Shown in pieces: positions 24,789 through 34,535 of a stretch of 64,000 bases of DNA (its first letter is position 1; every line of letters starts with the position of its first letter). The notes under the pieces were generated by a model. It was not told the origin of the DNA, did no database searches, and was given only the letters and a program-made list of their open reading frames with translations. Both the position numbers and the translations under genes were made by a program. This DNA comes from Oscillospiraceae bacterium (GTDB lineage Bacteria; Bacillota; Clostridia; Oscillospirales; Ruminococcaceae): positions 59,661 through 123,660 of the forward strand of contig JAEEXH010000001.1 in the NCBI GenBank assembly GCA_016291435.1. The letters run 5' to 3'.

Positions 24789-26564
24789 ATGAATATAACC
24801 GGCGCACAGATCGTCACGGAGGTGCTCTGCGAGCAGGGCTGCGACACCGTGTTCGGCTATCCCGGCGGACAGGTCATCGACCTCTATGACGCACTCTGGC
24901 TCGCGAAGGACCGCATCCGGCATGTGCTCACGGCACACGAGCAGGGCGCGGCGCACGCAGCAGACGGCTACGCACGCGCCTCGGGCAAAGTCGGCGTGGT
25001 AATCGCGACCTCGGGTCCCGGCGCGACGAATCTGGTCACGGGGCTCGCAACGGCACATCTCGATTCGGTACCGCTGGTCGCCGTGACGGGCAATGTCCCG
25101 AGCGGACTGATCGGCCGCGACGCCTTTCAGGAGGTCGATATCGTCGGCGTCAGCATGCCGGTGACAAAGCACAATTTCATCGTCAAGGATGTGACGCGCC
25201 TCGCAGAAACCCTGCGCCTTGCATTCAAAATCGCAAAATCCGGGCGGCCGGGGCCTGTGCTGGTCGATATTCCGAAGGATGTGCAGACCGCATCCTGTGA
25301 ATTTGAACCGGCGGCAGCGCCGATCGAGGCAGAGCCGAAGAAGACCTCCTCGAATCACCGGCTGCGCTGGGCAAAGGAAATGATCGAGAAAAGCCGCAGA
25401 CCCTATATCTATTTCGGCGGCGGCATCATTTCAGGCGATGCCTCCGCGGAGCTGCTTGCCTTTGCGGAGCGCTGCGATGCGCCGATGGGCTGCTCGCTGA
25501 TGGGGCTTTCCGCCGTGCCGACTGATCACCCGCGCTTTCTCGGAATGCAGGGCATGCACGGACACTTTGCCGCCTCTGCCGCGGAGCAGGAAGCCGATCT
25601 GGTCATCGCGCTCGGGGTGCGGTTCTCTGACCGTGCAACCGGCGACGGCGACAGCTTTGCAGAGCGGTTCCGCGTGCTGCACATCGACATTGACGCTGCG
25701 GAGCTCAACAAAAATATCCACGCGCAGCTCAGCGTGCAGGGCGACGTCAAGGATGCCCTCTCGCGCCTGACGGAGATTCTCCCGCAGCAGCATCACCCGA
25801 CATGGATGAAGCGGATCCGGACACTCCGCCGCGAGGAAGCAGAACGCACGGCGCATTCCCACGAGATGCGCGATGCCCGCAGCGGCTTGCAGAAAGGCAT
25901 GGGCACTGTCACCGAGACGGAAGCAGACCGGCATTTTCTGCTGCCGCCCGGTCAGAGCTATGACACTTCCCCCTGTCTCACGCATGAGCAGATCATCGAC
26001 GGGATCGAAGCGGCAAAAGCAGGAAGCTGCATTGCCGTCACTGACGTCGGACAGCATCAGATGTGGGCGGCACAGCGCTGTCATCTTACAGTCCCGCGCT
26101 GCTTCCTCACAAGCGGCGGGCTCGGCACAATGGGCTTCGGGCTCGGCGCCGCGGTCGGGGCATATATTGCAACGGGCAGGCGCCCGGTGCTCTTCACGGG
26201 AGACGGCTGCTTCCGCATGAACCTCACGGAGCTTGCAACTGCAGTTGCCGAGAAGGTGCCGGTCGTCATCGTGATTTTCAACAACGGCGTGCTCGGCATG
26301 GTGCGGCAGTGGCAGACACTGTTCTTTGACGGGCATCATTCCGCGACCACGCTCCCGCGCACTGCCGATTTCGTGAAGATCGCGGAGGGCTTCGGCGCAG
26401 GCGCAATGCGGGCGCATACCCCGGAGGAGCTGAAGGCTGCCGCGGAGACTGCATTCGCGCAGGAGATGCCGTTCGTGATCGACTGCATCACGGATCCCGA
26501 TGAGACTGTGCTGCCGATGCTGCCGCCGGGCGGGTCGTTTGCGGATCTCATCACGGAAATCTGA
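24789..26564 (+). CDS. ilvB: acetolactate synthase large subunit
   Basis: GYPGGQVIDLYDAL, ATSGPGATNLVTG, DVGQHQMWAAQ and GGLGTMGFGLGAAVGA (ThDP motif). Confidence 0.9.
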   Translation: MNITGAQIVTEVLCEQGCDTVFGYPGGQVIDLYDALWLAKDRIRHVLTAHEQGAAHAADGYARASGKVGVVIATSGPGATNLVTGLATAHLDSVPLVAVTGNVPSGLIGRDAFQEVDIVGVSMPVTKHNFIVKDVTRLAETLRLAFKIAKSGRPGPVLVDIPKDVQTASCEFEPAAAPIEAEPKKTSSNHRLRWAKEMIEKSRRPYIYFGGGIISGDASAELLAFAERCDAPMGCSLMGLSAVPTDHPRFLGMQGMHGHFAASAAEQEADLVIALGVRFSDRATGDGDSFAERFRVLHIDIDAAELNKNIHAQLSVQGDVKDALSRLTEILPQQHHPTWMKRIRTLRREEAERTAHSHEMRDARSGLQKGMGTVTETEADRHFLLPPGQSYDTSPCLTHEQIIDGIEAAKAGSCIAVTDVGQHQMWAAQRCHLTVPRCFLTSGGLGTMGFGLGAAVGAYIATGRRPVLFTGDGCFRMNLTELATAVAEKVPVVIVIFNNGVLGMVRQWQTLFFDGHHSATTLPRTADFVKIAEGFGAGAMRAHTPEELKAAAETAFAQEMPFVIDCITDPDETVLPMLPPGGSFADLITEI

Positions 26565-26646
26565 ATGCGCTCAGCCGCTTCCGCCGGATCTGTACGGGGG
26601 GGCAGGGCGATGAGATATGTGATTATTCTGAAACAGGAGAACAACT

Positions 26647-27174
26647 ATGGAACAGCAGGAATATGTGCTCGGCGTGATGGTCGCCAACATCTCGGGCGTG
26701 CTCTCGCGAGTGTCGGGCATGTTCACACGGCGCGGCTTCAATATCGACAGCCTTACCGTGGGCGAGACGGAATCACGCGGTTATTCGCGCATCACGATCT
26801 CCTTCCACGGCGACGAGGACATGAAGGAGCGCATCTTAAAGCAGCTTGAGAAGCTGCACGATGTCAAGGAGGTCGAGGTGCTCGCGAAGGATGATACGGT
26901 CATCCGCGAGCTGCTGCTCCTCAAGGTGCGCAATTCCGTGGAGACACGTCAGGACATTATGGCGGCGGTGGAGATCTTCCGCTCGAAGATCGTGGACTAT
27001 TCCTCCGCGGCGCTGATCTGTGAGCTCACGGGCGAGACCTCGAAGATCGACGCCTTCATCTCGCTGATGCGCGAATACGGCATCATGGAGATGTGCCGCA
27101 CGGGGCTTGTCGCGCTCGAACGCGGCGAGAACTGTCTCCGCACGGAACGCGAGGCCGATCTGGATCCGATCTGA
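26647..27174 (+). CDS. ilvN: acetolactate synthase small (regulatory) subunit
   Basis: ACT-domain start LGVMVANISGVLSRVSGMFTRRGFNIDSLTVGETE. RBS AGGAG. Confidence 0.9.
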   Translation: MEQQEYVLGVMVANISGVLSRVSGMFTRRGFNIDSLTVGETESRGYSRITISFHGDEDMKERILKQLEKLHDVKEVEVLAKDDTVIRELLLLKVRNSVETRQDIMAAVEIFRSKIVDYSSAALICELTGETSKIDAFISLMREYGIMEMCRTGLVALERGENCLRTEREADLDPI

Positions 27175-27210
27175 AAACCTACATTCTGCATGATGGAGGG
27201 GATGAGTACA

Positions 27211-28479
27211 ATGGCTATGACGCAGACACAGAAGATTCTCGCGGCACACGCGGGGAAAACCGAAGTCAAGGCGGGCGAGCTGATCCTTGCCTCGCTCGAC
27301 AGAGTGCTCGGCAATGACATTACCTCGCCGGTCGCGATTCGGGCGTTTCAGGCGCTCGGCGCGGAGACGGTCTATGACAAAGACCGCATCGTCATGGTGA
27401 TGGATCACTTTGCGCCGAACAAGGATATCAAGGCGGCGGAGCAGTGCTGCTGCTGCCGTGATTTCTGCGGCGCACAGGGCATTTCGCATTTCTATGATGT
27501 CGGCAAGGCGGGCATCGAGCACGCGCTGCTGCCGGAGCAGGGGCTCGTCACGGCGGGCGACTGCGTGATCGGTGCGGATTCGCACACCTGCACCTACGGC
27601 GCACTCGGCGCCTTCTCGACCGGCGTTGGCTCGACGGATATGGCATGCGCAATGGCGACGGGAAAGGCGTGGTTCAAAGTGCCCTCCGCGATCCGTGTCG
27701 TGCTGAGAGGGAGCCTGCAAAAATATGTTTCCGGCAAGGATGTGATTCTGCATCTGATCGGGAAGATCGGCGTGGACGGTGCGCGTTACCGCTCGCTGGA
27801 ATTCACCGGCGAGGGCGTCAGCGCACTCAGCATCAGCGACCGTCTCTGCATCGCGAATATGGCGATCGAGGCAGGTGCAAAAAACGGCATCTTCGAGGTC
27901 GATGACGAAACGCTGATCTATCTCCGCGCGCAAGGCGCCGCAAAGCCCGCCGTATACGCGGCGGACCCCGATGCGGAATACGATGAAACAATCGAAATTG
28001 ACCTCTCCGCGATCCGCCCGACCGTTGCATTTCCGCATCTGCCGGAGAACACAAAGACCTTTGACGAGATCGGCGAGATCCCGGTTCAGCAGGTCGTGAT
28101 CGGCTCCTGCACCAACGGCAGGATCGAGGATCTTCGCGCGGCGGCGGAAATTCTCAAGGGGCGCAAATGCGCAGAGCATGTGCGCGTCATCATCATCCCC
28201 GCGACACAGCAGGTCTATCTGGACGCAATGGACGAGGGGCTGCTCCGCATCTTCATCGAGAGCGGCGCGGCAGTCTCTGTGCCGACCTGCGGCCCCTGCC
28301 TCGGCGGGCATATGGGCGTGCTGGCAGCGGGCGAAAGAGCCGTTGCGACGACCAACCGCAATTTCGTCGGCAGAATGGGACATCCCGATTCTGAGGTCTA
28401 TCTCGCAAGCCCGGCAGTCGCGGCGGCCAGTGCCGTTGCGGGACGGCTTGCAAGTCCGGAGGAGGTCATGGGGCTATGA
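27211..28479 (+). CDS. leuC: 3-isopropylmalate dehydratase large subunit
   Basis: [15 protein letters not shown]..., [15 protein letters not shown] and CTNGRIEDL...CGPCLG. Several in-frame ATGs lie between 27190 and 27217; 27211 is best spaced from GGAGGGG (27195-27201). Confidence 0.88.
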   Translation: MAMTQTQKILAAHAGKTEVKAGELILASLDRVLGNDITSPVAIRAFQALGAETVYDKDRIVMVMDHFAPNKDIKAAEQCCCCRDFCGAQGISHFYDVGKAGIEHALLPEQGLVTAGDCVIGADSHTCTYGALGAFSTGVGSTDMACAMATGKAWFKVPSAIRVVLRGSLQKYVSGKDVILHLIGKIGVDGARYRSLEFTGEGVSALSISDRLCIANMAIEAGAKNGIFEVDDETLIYLRAQGAAKPAVYAADPDAEYDETIEIDLSAIRPTVAFPHLPENTKTFDEIGEIPVQQVVIGSCTNGRIEDLRAAAEILKGRKCAEHVRVIIIPATQQVYLDAMDEGLLRIFIESGAAVSVPTCGPCLGGHMGVLAAGERAVATTNRNFVGRMGHPDSEVYLASPAVAAASAVAGRLASPEEVMGL

Positions 28480-28970
28480 AATATCAGGGCACTGTCATCA
28501 GATACGGCGACAATGTAGACACGGATGTCATCATTCCCGCGCGCTATCTCAACACCGGCGACCCCGCCGCGCTTGCCGCACACTGCATGGAGGATCTTGA
28601 CAGCAGCTTTGTGACGCGCGTGAAGCCCGGTGACATTATGGTCGCGGGGCAGAATTTCGGCTGCGGCTCCTCGCGTGAGCATGCGCCCATTGCGATCAAG
28701 GCGAGCGGCATCTCCGTTGTGATCGCAGAAAGCTTCGCCCGCATTTTCTACCGCAATGCCATCAACATCGGGCTTCCGATCGTCGAATGCCCGGCGGCGG
28801 CAAAGGCAATCTCTGCGGGCGACACCGTCGAAGCCGACCTCGGCGCGGGCGTGATCCGCAATCTCACGACCGGCGCAGAATTTGGGACCGCGCCCTTCCC
28901 GCCGTTCATCCAGCAGATCATCGAAGCCGGCGGGCTTGTGGAAGCGATCAAATCCGGCAAAATCGGGTGA
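28476..28970 (+). CDS. leuD: 3-isopropylmalate dehydratase small subunit
   Basis: ATGA overlap with leu[16 protein letters not shown] and [14 protein letters not shown]. Confidence 0.9.
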   Translation: MKYQGTVIRYGDNVDTDVIIPARYLNTGDPAALAAHCMEDLDSSFVTRVKPGDIMVAGQNFGCGSSREHAPIAIKASGISVVIAESFARIFYRNAINIGLPIVECPAAAKAISAGDTVEADLGAGVIRNLTTGAEFGTAPFPPFIQQIIEAGGLVEAIKSGKIG

Positions 28971-29054
28971 GATTCCATGCGAAATACGCAATGCGTAATT
29001 TGTAATTTATAATTTGCAATACAGATTTCTCACGGAAGAAACGGAGGTGTTTCC

Positions 29055-30050
29055 TTGACCACGCAGCAGCTCACATATGTCATCGCAGTCGCGGAGTGCC
29101 AGAGCATCTCCAAGGCTGCCGCAAAGCTCTATGTCACGCAGCCCTCGCTCAGCCAGTATATCCACAGCATCGAAAAGCAGCTCGGCGTGCAGCTCTTTGA
29201 CCGCTCCATGAACCCCATCCGGCTGACAGACGCCGGCGAGCTCTATGTATCCTGGGCGCGCAGGCTGCTTGCGATGGAGAGCCAGATGCAGACTGCCATC
29301 GCGGATCTCATGGATCTGCATACAGGTACCGTGCGGCTCGGGGCATCGCCCTTCCGCATGCGCTGTCTGCTCGCAAGGAGCATCGCCGCATTTCACGCGG
29401 AGTATCCGCAGATTCATCTTGATTTCACTGAGGCGGATATGCGTGCGCTCCGCGACCGCATCAGCGCCGGAGAAATTGAATTTGCCATCGGCACGGGCAG
29501 CTTCGACGAAAAGCTCTTTCATGTCGAATCGCTGGCACCCGAGCGGCTCTATCTCGCGGTCTCCCCGCTGAACCCGCTGACGGAGCGCCTGCCGGATCCG
29601 CTCACCGCTGAGGATATCTGCAATGCAACACCGAAATTCCTGCGGACAAAGCCCCTGCCGCTCGAGCAGCTCCGCGACGAACGCTTTGTCGCGGCAACGG
29701 CGGGCGAATATGACTGCGAGGATCTGAACGCGGTCTGTCAGGCATGCGGCTTCACACCGCAGATCGAATACAGCGTGCAGACAATCGAGACCGTATTTGC
29801 CTTTGTCTGCGCGAATATGGGCATCGCGCTGCTGCCCGATTCCCTCATTTATTACGGCAATATCCAGTCGCATCCGAATTATTATCTGCTGCCGGACAAT
29901 ATCTCCGAGAGCAGCATCCTGCTCATCTCGAAGCGCGGCGGCTACCTTTCCAAGGCGGCATCGGCATATGCACTGCTCCTAAAGCAGCTCATCGACGTCG
30001 GCACATGGCGCATGGGCGGCATGTCATTCGGAGAGGGGGTGCCGGTGTGA
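29055..30050 (+). CDS. LysR-family transcriptional regulator
   Basis: TTG start 6 nt after GGAGG. The N-terminal HTH LTYVIAVAECQSISKAAAKLYVTQPSLSQYIHSIEKQLGVQLFDR is followed by a substrate-binding domain. Confidence 0.88.
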   Translation: MTTQQLTYVIAVAECQSISKAAAKLYVTQPSLSQYIHSIEKQLGVQLFDRSMNPIRLTDAGELYVSWARRLLAMESQMQTAIADLMDLHTGTVRLGASPFRMRCLLARSIAAFHAEYPQIHLDFTEADMRALRDRISAGEIEFAIGTGSFDEKLFHVESLAPERLYLAVSPLNPLTERLPDPLTAEDICNATPKFLRTKPLPLEQLRDERFVAATAGEYDCEDLNAVCQACGFTPQIEYSVQTIETVFAFVCANMGIALLPDSLIYYGNIQSHPNYYLLPDNISESSILLISKRGGYLSKAASAYALLLKQLIDVGTWRMGGMSFGEGVPV

Positions 30051-31114
30051 ACGAAGCACTGCGCAAAGAGATCGCCGCAGAAGCGCTCGTCTCCTGCGGC
30101 GAAGGAATCGGCTGGCAGGCATTGCTGCAAAAGAAGCCGCTCCGCATCGCGTATCTCGGCGGCTCGGTGACACAGGGCTACGCAGACGGCGAGATCCGCT
30201 TTGCAACGGCATTTCCCGCGGTCGTCGAGCGCGACCTCCGGGCACGCGGCGCAGCGATCCGCACGACCGTTGTCGCGGAGCCCGGCATGGACAGCCTCAT
30301 CTGCGGGCTGCTCGCCGAAACGGAGATCATTCCGCATGAGCCCGATCTTGTGTTCCTCGAATTCGCGATCAATGACACCACGCTCAGGCACAATGTCCAC
30401 TCGTTTGAAAGCCTGCTGCGGCGCATGCTGGAGCTGCCGTCCCATCCGGCAGTCTGCCTGCTCATCATGCGCTCGGCATCGGATTACAGCTGCGAGAGCT
30501 TCATGCTGCCGATGGCGGAGCATTACGCGCTCCCCTGCATCGACCTGCGGCGCGGTCTCGCAAAGCCGCTTTCCGAAGGCAGGATGGTCTGGACGGATTT
30601 CGCCGACAGCGAGAGCCACCCGCATGAGGCGGGACACCGTCTGCTCGCCGACTGCGTGCTGCATCTGCTCGGCACCGCCGCCGCGCAGCCGCAGACTGCG
30701 CAGAAGCCGCTGCCGGAGCCGTGGCTCGATGTGCCCTTCCTGCACATGCACCGCCTGACGCCCGGAGATTATCCTGAAATTGAGACGCAGGCACCGGTCG
30801 TCGGCACGGGCGAATGGTTCTTCGCTGAGGCATGGGAGCTCTCCGAGCGCCCGGGCTGCGGCATGACAATCCGCATGAACTGCCGCGCAGCCGTGATCTG
30901 CTTTGAGACGCATCATCTGGAGCATTACGGCAGCTGCCGCGTGACTGTGGACGGCAAGCCGGCACGCGAGCCGCTCCGCAGCAATTCAATCTACGGCTGG
31001 GGCAATCCGCGGCATATGATCGTTTTGCAGGCGGAGGAGCCGGGTGAGCATGTGATTGAGCTCATGCCGTTTGACGGCATCTTCCGCGTGCTTTCGATCG
31101 GCGTGACGGACTGA
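30047..31114 (+). CDS. SGNH/GDSL-like hydrolase with an extra C-terminal domain
   Basis: GTG at 30047 (GTGA overlap with the LysR stop; GGAGAGGGGG upstream). Block I-like IAYLGGSVTQGY, block III LEFAINDT and block V DSESHPHEAGH. Confidence 0.65.
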   Translation: MNEALRKEIAAEALVSCGEGIGWQALLQKKPLRIAYLGGSVTQGYADGEIRFATAFPAVVERDLRARGAAIRTTVVAEPGMDSLICGLLAETEIIPHEPDLVFLEFAINDTTLRHNVHSFESLLRRMLELPSHPAVCLLIMRSASDYSCESFMLPMAEHYALPCIDLRRGLAKPLSEGRMVWTDFADSESHPHEAGHRLLADCVLHLLGTAAAQPQTAQKPLPEPWLDVPFLHMHRLTPGDYPEIETQAPVVGTGEWFFAEAWELSERPGCGMTIRMNCRAAVICFETHHLEHYGSCRVTVDGKPAREPLRSNSIYGWGNPRHMIVLQAEEPGEHVIELMPFDGIFRVLSIGVTD

Positions 31115-31495
31115 TCAGCTTCTGAGCGCACTGCCGCGCCGGGGTCTCGGCACCAGACCGAAGCTGATCTGCAATGCCTGATCGACCTCGTGCAGCACCT
31201 CGGGCGGAATCTCGCCCATACAGCTTTTCAGGCGCTGCTTGTCGATCGTGCGGATCTGCTCCAGCAGAATGATGCTGTCCTTCGTGAGACCGCAGCGCGC
31301 CGCACTGAGCGCGATATGCGTCGGGAGCTTGGCTTTGCCGCAGCGGCTGGTGATCGCCGCCGCAATGACCGTCGGGCTGTATCGGTTGCCGACGTCATTC
31401 TGGATAATGAGTACGGGGCGGATCCCGCCCTGCTCTGAGCCCACGACCGGGCTCAGGTCGGCGTAATAGATCTCTCCGCGTCTGACTGTTTGCAT
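31115..31495 (-). CDS. mazF: MazF/PemK-family endoribonuclease toxin, with no adjacent antitoxin ORF
   Basis: [50 protein letters not shown]...[13 protein letters not shown] is a typical MazF/EndoA sequence. Its stop codon abuts the convergent SGNH stop with a 0-nt gap. Confidence 0.88.
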   Translation of the reverse strand: MQTVRRGEIYYADLSPVVGSEQGGIRPVLIIQNDVGNRYSPTVIAAAITSRCGKAKLPTHIALSAARCGLTKDSIILLEQIRTIDKQRLKSCMGEIPPEVLHEVDQALQISFGLVPRPRRGSALRS

Positions 31496-31656
31496 GGCAT
31501 TCGGATTCCTTTCTGTTTGCGCTGATGTATCCGGCGCTGATTACAGTTTGCCCCGCAGCGCGCCGGATAATCAGAGTGCCGGAAATTCTCTTTTATAATA
31601 TGTCGAAACAGGCGTTTTTGTGATACATGGATACCATAAGAAAGGGTGTGCTGAAT

Positions 31657-32724
31657 ATGACCTATCAGATTGCTGTCCTGAAGGGTGACGGCATCGGGCC
31701 GGAGATCACGGAGAGCGCTGTCGCCGTGATGCAGAAGGCTGTGCCGCAGGATGTGACGCTCTGCTGCACCGACTACCTAATCGGCGGCATTGCCATTGAC
31801 AGGACGGGCGAGCCGCTCCCGCAGGAGACCGTAAACGGCTGTCTCCGAAGCGATGCCGTGCTGCTCGGCGCCGTCGGCGGTCCGAAATGGGACGGCTGCG
31901 AGAAGCATCCGGAGCAGGCGCTCCTCGGCATCCGTGCGGCGCTCGGGCTCTATGCGAATCTCCGCCCCGCACAGCTCTGGTCACCGCTCAGGGGGGCATC
32001 TCCGCTGCGCACAGAGCTCACGGAGCAGGGCTTTGACCTTCTGATCGTGCGCGAGCTCACCGGCGGCATCTATTTCGGCGACCGCGGATACCGCAGCGGA
32101 AAATTCGGCGAGGAAGCCTTTGACACCGAAGCGTACAGCGTCACGGAGATCGAGCGCATCGGCAGAGTCGCCTTTGAAGCTGCCATGCAGAGAAACCGCC
32201 GTCTTACATCGGTCGATAAGGCAAATGTGCTTGAGACCTCCCGCCTCTGGCGCAAAACGATGCACCGCCTCGCGGAGGAATACCCGGACGTTGCTTACAA
32301 TGATCTCTATGTGGACAATGCTGCGATGCAGCTTGTGCGCGACCCGCGGCAGTTCGATGTGATTGTCACCTCCAATATGTTCGGCGACATTCTCTCGGAT
32401 GAAGCCTCGCAGCTCACGGGCTCCATCGGCATGCTGCCCTCTGCGTCGCTCGGCGAAGGCACACGCGGCATGTTTGAGCCGATCCACGGCTCCGCCCCCG
32501 ACATTGCGGGCACAGGCAAGGCAAATCCGATCGCGGCGATCCTCTCTGCGGCGATGCTGCTCCGCTATTCGCTCGGGCTCTCCGGGGCGGCAGACAGAAT
32601 CGAGCGCGCCGTCGGGCAGGTGCTCGAAGCGGGATACCGCACCGCCGATCTCGCGGGCAGCTCCGATGCGCCGACACTTTCCTGCGCGGAAATGACAGAC
32701 AGAATCCTCATCGCGCTGGAATAA
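31657..32724 (+). CDS. leuB: 3-isopropylmalate dehydrogenase
   Basis: [28 protein letters not shown] and [12 protein letters not shown]...GSAPDIAG. Confidence 0.9.
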   Translation: MTYQIAVLKGDGIGPEITESAVAVMQKAVPQDVTLCCTDYLIGGIAIDRTGEPLPQETVNGCLRSDAVLLGAVGGPKWDGCEKHPEQALLGIRAALGLYANLRPAQLWSPLRGASPLRTELTEQGFDLLIVRELTGGIYFGDRGYRSGKFGEEAFDTEAYSVTEIERIGRVAFEAAMQRNRRLTSVDKANVLETSRLWRKTMHRLAEEYPDVAYNDLYVDNAAMQLVRDPRQFDVIVTSNMFGDILSDEASQLTGSIGMLPSASLGEGTRGMFEPIHGSAPDIAGTGKANPIAAILSAAMLLRYSLGLSGAADRIERAVGQVLEAGYRTADLAGSSDAPTLSCAEMTDRILIALE

Positions 32725-33024
32725 ATCAAAGTTTGCACGGATTCCAACACGCCCAGCCAGCAGAAAGGAATACTTAAAGTTCCTGTCCCCACGAAACGGG
32801 GGTGACAACCCAAGGAGAAAGGGGGAGATTCGCTCCGCTCACATCCCCCTTCCCCCTTAGGTTTTCGCCCCCGAGCCCCCGCTTTCCTGATCCCCCATTC
32901 CCCTTTATGTTCCGACATCAACCGAACAGAGAGAGGCGAGATAAGGAAGGGGAGCACATGTCTGGAATAAAGGCAGAGTTTGGGTCTCGACGTTCGCGCC
33001 TGCTGCAGCAAGTGTTCTGTTAGC

Positions 33025-33178
33025 GGTGACGGTACGTTCAAAAGCTGCGGGCAGCAGCGTCATACCTGGCTGCTGAGCACTCTCTGTCAGTCGCCCGGAC
33101 GGCAAAACGCCTGCACGGGCTCCGTGCAAAAACTGATTTATCTTCGGAACACTTTTGGAATAAAGGATTTCTGAAACA
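33025..33178. repeat. ~150-nt repeat, left copy (inverted relative to 36032-36185)
   Basis: Its reverse complement, tttcagaaatcctttattcc...gataaatcagtttttgcacggagcccgtgcaggcgttttgcc...cagcagccaggtatgacgctgctgcccgcagctttt, aligns along its full length with 36032-36185. Confidence 0.8.
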
Positions 33179-33237
33179 AACGCATGCGAAAGATTACGAA
33201 ACAGCATGATTGATCGAAAAAAGGAGGAACCCATACC

Positions 33238-34431
33238 ATGATGCGCAACAAAAAATTGCAGGAGCTCGATCTCTCGCTCAATTCCCTGATCGTCTTCCGG
33301 CACATTCTCACCGACCCCGTCATCGTGCCGCTGCGCCCGCTGCTCGACATCGAAACGACCGATCCGATCATTCAGCTCCGGCAATATGCGGAATTCACCT
33401 CGCGGCTCTTCCCGCAGAACATGAACCTCACAGAGTATCTGCTGGGGCTCGTGCTGCACGATGACAATTTCTTCGTGCGGATGCTCGCAAGGGGCGACAA
33501 GCCCGACGACATCCTCTATGCCTGCGTGCGCAATGAGCTCGGCATCATTGAGCGGCTTGCGCATCTGAAGCCCGTGGAGCTCATGAAGGAGATCTCCTAT
33601 TACGGCCCGCTGCCGGAATGGAAAATCTCAGATATTGACTTCGCGGAGACCTATTTTACACGGCTCGATGAGCTCACGAAATTCGGCTACGGGCACTATG
33701 CGCAGAGCACGGTCTTCACCGTCGAGCACGGCAGAACGATTCCCGCGCAGCATCCCGATCCCGTGCGCCTCAGTCAGCTCTTCGGCTATGAGGAGGAGCG
33801 CGGCGCCGTCATCCGCAACACAATCGCACTGCTGGAGGGCAAGCCCGCACAGAATGTCCTGCTCTGCGGCGACACCGGAACCGGCAAGTCCTCGACTGTA
33901 AAGGCCATCGTCAACGAATACGCCGGCGACGGTCTGCGGCTCATCCAGATCACGAAGGAACAGCTCCGCGGTCTGCCCGCTGTCTGGGACAGCATCTACG
34001 GCAATCCGCTGAAATTCATCCTCTTTATCGACGACCTCTCCTTCCATCCGGGCGACGGCAGCTTCAGCGAGCTGAAGGCGATTCTCGAAGGCTCTGTGAC
34101 GGCAATGCCCTCGAATGCGGTCATCTATGCAACGAGCAACCTGACGCAGCTTGTCCCGATGCCGGGCAGAGGTGAGATCATCGGCGACGATGAGGTGCAG
34201 GAGCGCATCTCGCTCGCGGCACGCTTCGGACTGCGCGTGCAGTTCAAAGCGCCGGAAAAGGAGGAGTATCTCAGCATCGTGCAGGCAATCGCTGACCTCT
34301 CGGAGCTCCCGCTTGATACCGATACCCTCTGCGAGGAAGCGGAGAAATTTGCGGTGCGTGCCGGCGGCAGATCGCCCCGCGCCGCAAAGCAGGCTGTTCA
34401 GCAGGCAATGGCGGAGATCGCTGACGCATAA
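33238..34431 (+). CDS. DUF815/COG2607-type AAA+ ATPase
   Basis: [33 protein letters not shown]...[10 protein letters not shown]...VIYATSN matches the pattern I recall for this family. RBS AAAGGAGGA. Confidence 0.75.
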   Translation: MMRNKKLQELDLSLNSLIVFRHILTDPVIVPLRPLLDIETTDPIIQLRQYAEFTSRLFPQNMNLTEYLLGLVLHDDNFFVRMLARGDKPDDILYACVRNELGIIERLAHLKPVELMKEISYYGPLPEWKISDIDFAETYFTRLDELTKFGYGHYAQSTVFTVEHGRTIPAQHPDPVRLSQLFGYEEERGAVIRNTIALLEGKPAQNVLLCGDTGTGKSSTVKAIVNEYAGDGLRLIQITKEQLRGLPAVWDSIYGNPLKFILFIDDLSFHPGDGSFSELKAILEGSVTAMPSNAVIYATSNLTQLVPMPGRGEIIGDDEVQERISLAARFGLRVQFKAPEKEEYLSIVQAIADLSELPLDTDTLCEEAEKFAVRAGGRSPRAAKQAVQQAMAEIADA

Positions 34432-34466
34432 TACCCCTCTGCCGTGCGGCTGATCGCGCCGCATGC

Positions 34467-34495
34467 TTGACAAATCATGCAATCTACGCTATAAT
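34467..34495 (+). promoter_or_regulatory. consensus sigma-A promoter of glyQS
   Basis: TTGACA (34467-34472), a 17-nt spacer and TATAAT (34490-34495). Confidence 0.75.
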
Positions 34496-34535
34496 AAGGG
34501 GTAGAATTCAAAACGGAAAGGCGGTTTCTTACCGA

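Noticed and set aside
25821-25958. Apparent insertion of 30-40 aa in IlvB (EAERTAHSHEMRDARSGLQKGMGTVTETEADRHFLLPPGQSY) before the DVGQHQMW motif
   Set aside because: I judged this only from remembered spacing in other acetolactate synthases and cannot verify it without an alignment. It is likely a variable surface linker and is not reported as a finding.
29744-30046. Long N-terminal extension of the SGNH hydrolase overlapping the LysR gene
   Set aside because: It overlaps the well-supported LysR frame for 300 nt. GTG 30047 has a strong RBS and GTGA stop-start coupling.
31496-31626. Hidden MazE-type antitoxin ORF upstream of mazF
   Set aside because: No ORF with a start codon and RBS exists on the minus strand in this 130-nt spacer. 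Only an inverted repeat and promoter-like AT-rich sequence are present. I kept it as an orphan-toxin finding instead.
32802-33023. Pro-rich ORF (PLTSPFPLRFSPPSPRFPDPPFPF) and the overlapping minus-strand ORF 32565-33041
   Set aside because: These are translations of the C-run/G-run tract and the repeats. They have no RBS, and composition explains them.
34432-34535. Gly T-box riboswitch upstream of glyQS, and likewise a Leu T-box upstream of leuA
   Set aside because: Only about 35-65 nt lie between the predicted TSS and the start codon. That is too short for stem I plus an antiterminator, and no T-box sequence (GGTGGTACCGCG-like) is seen.
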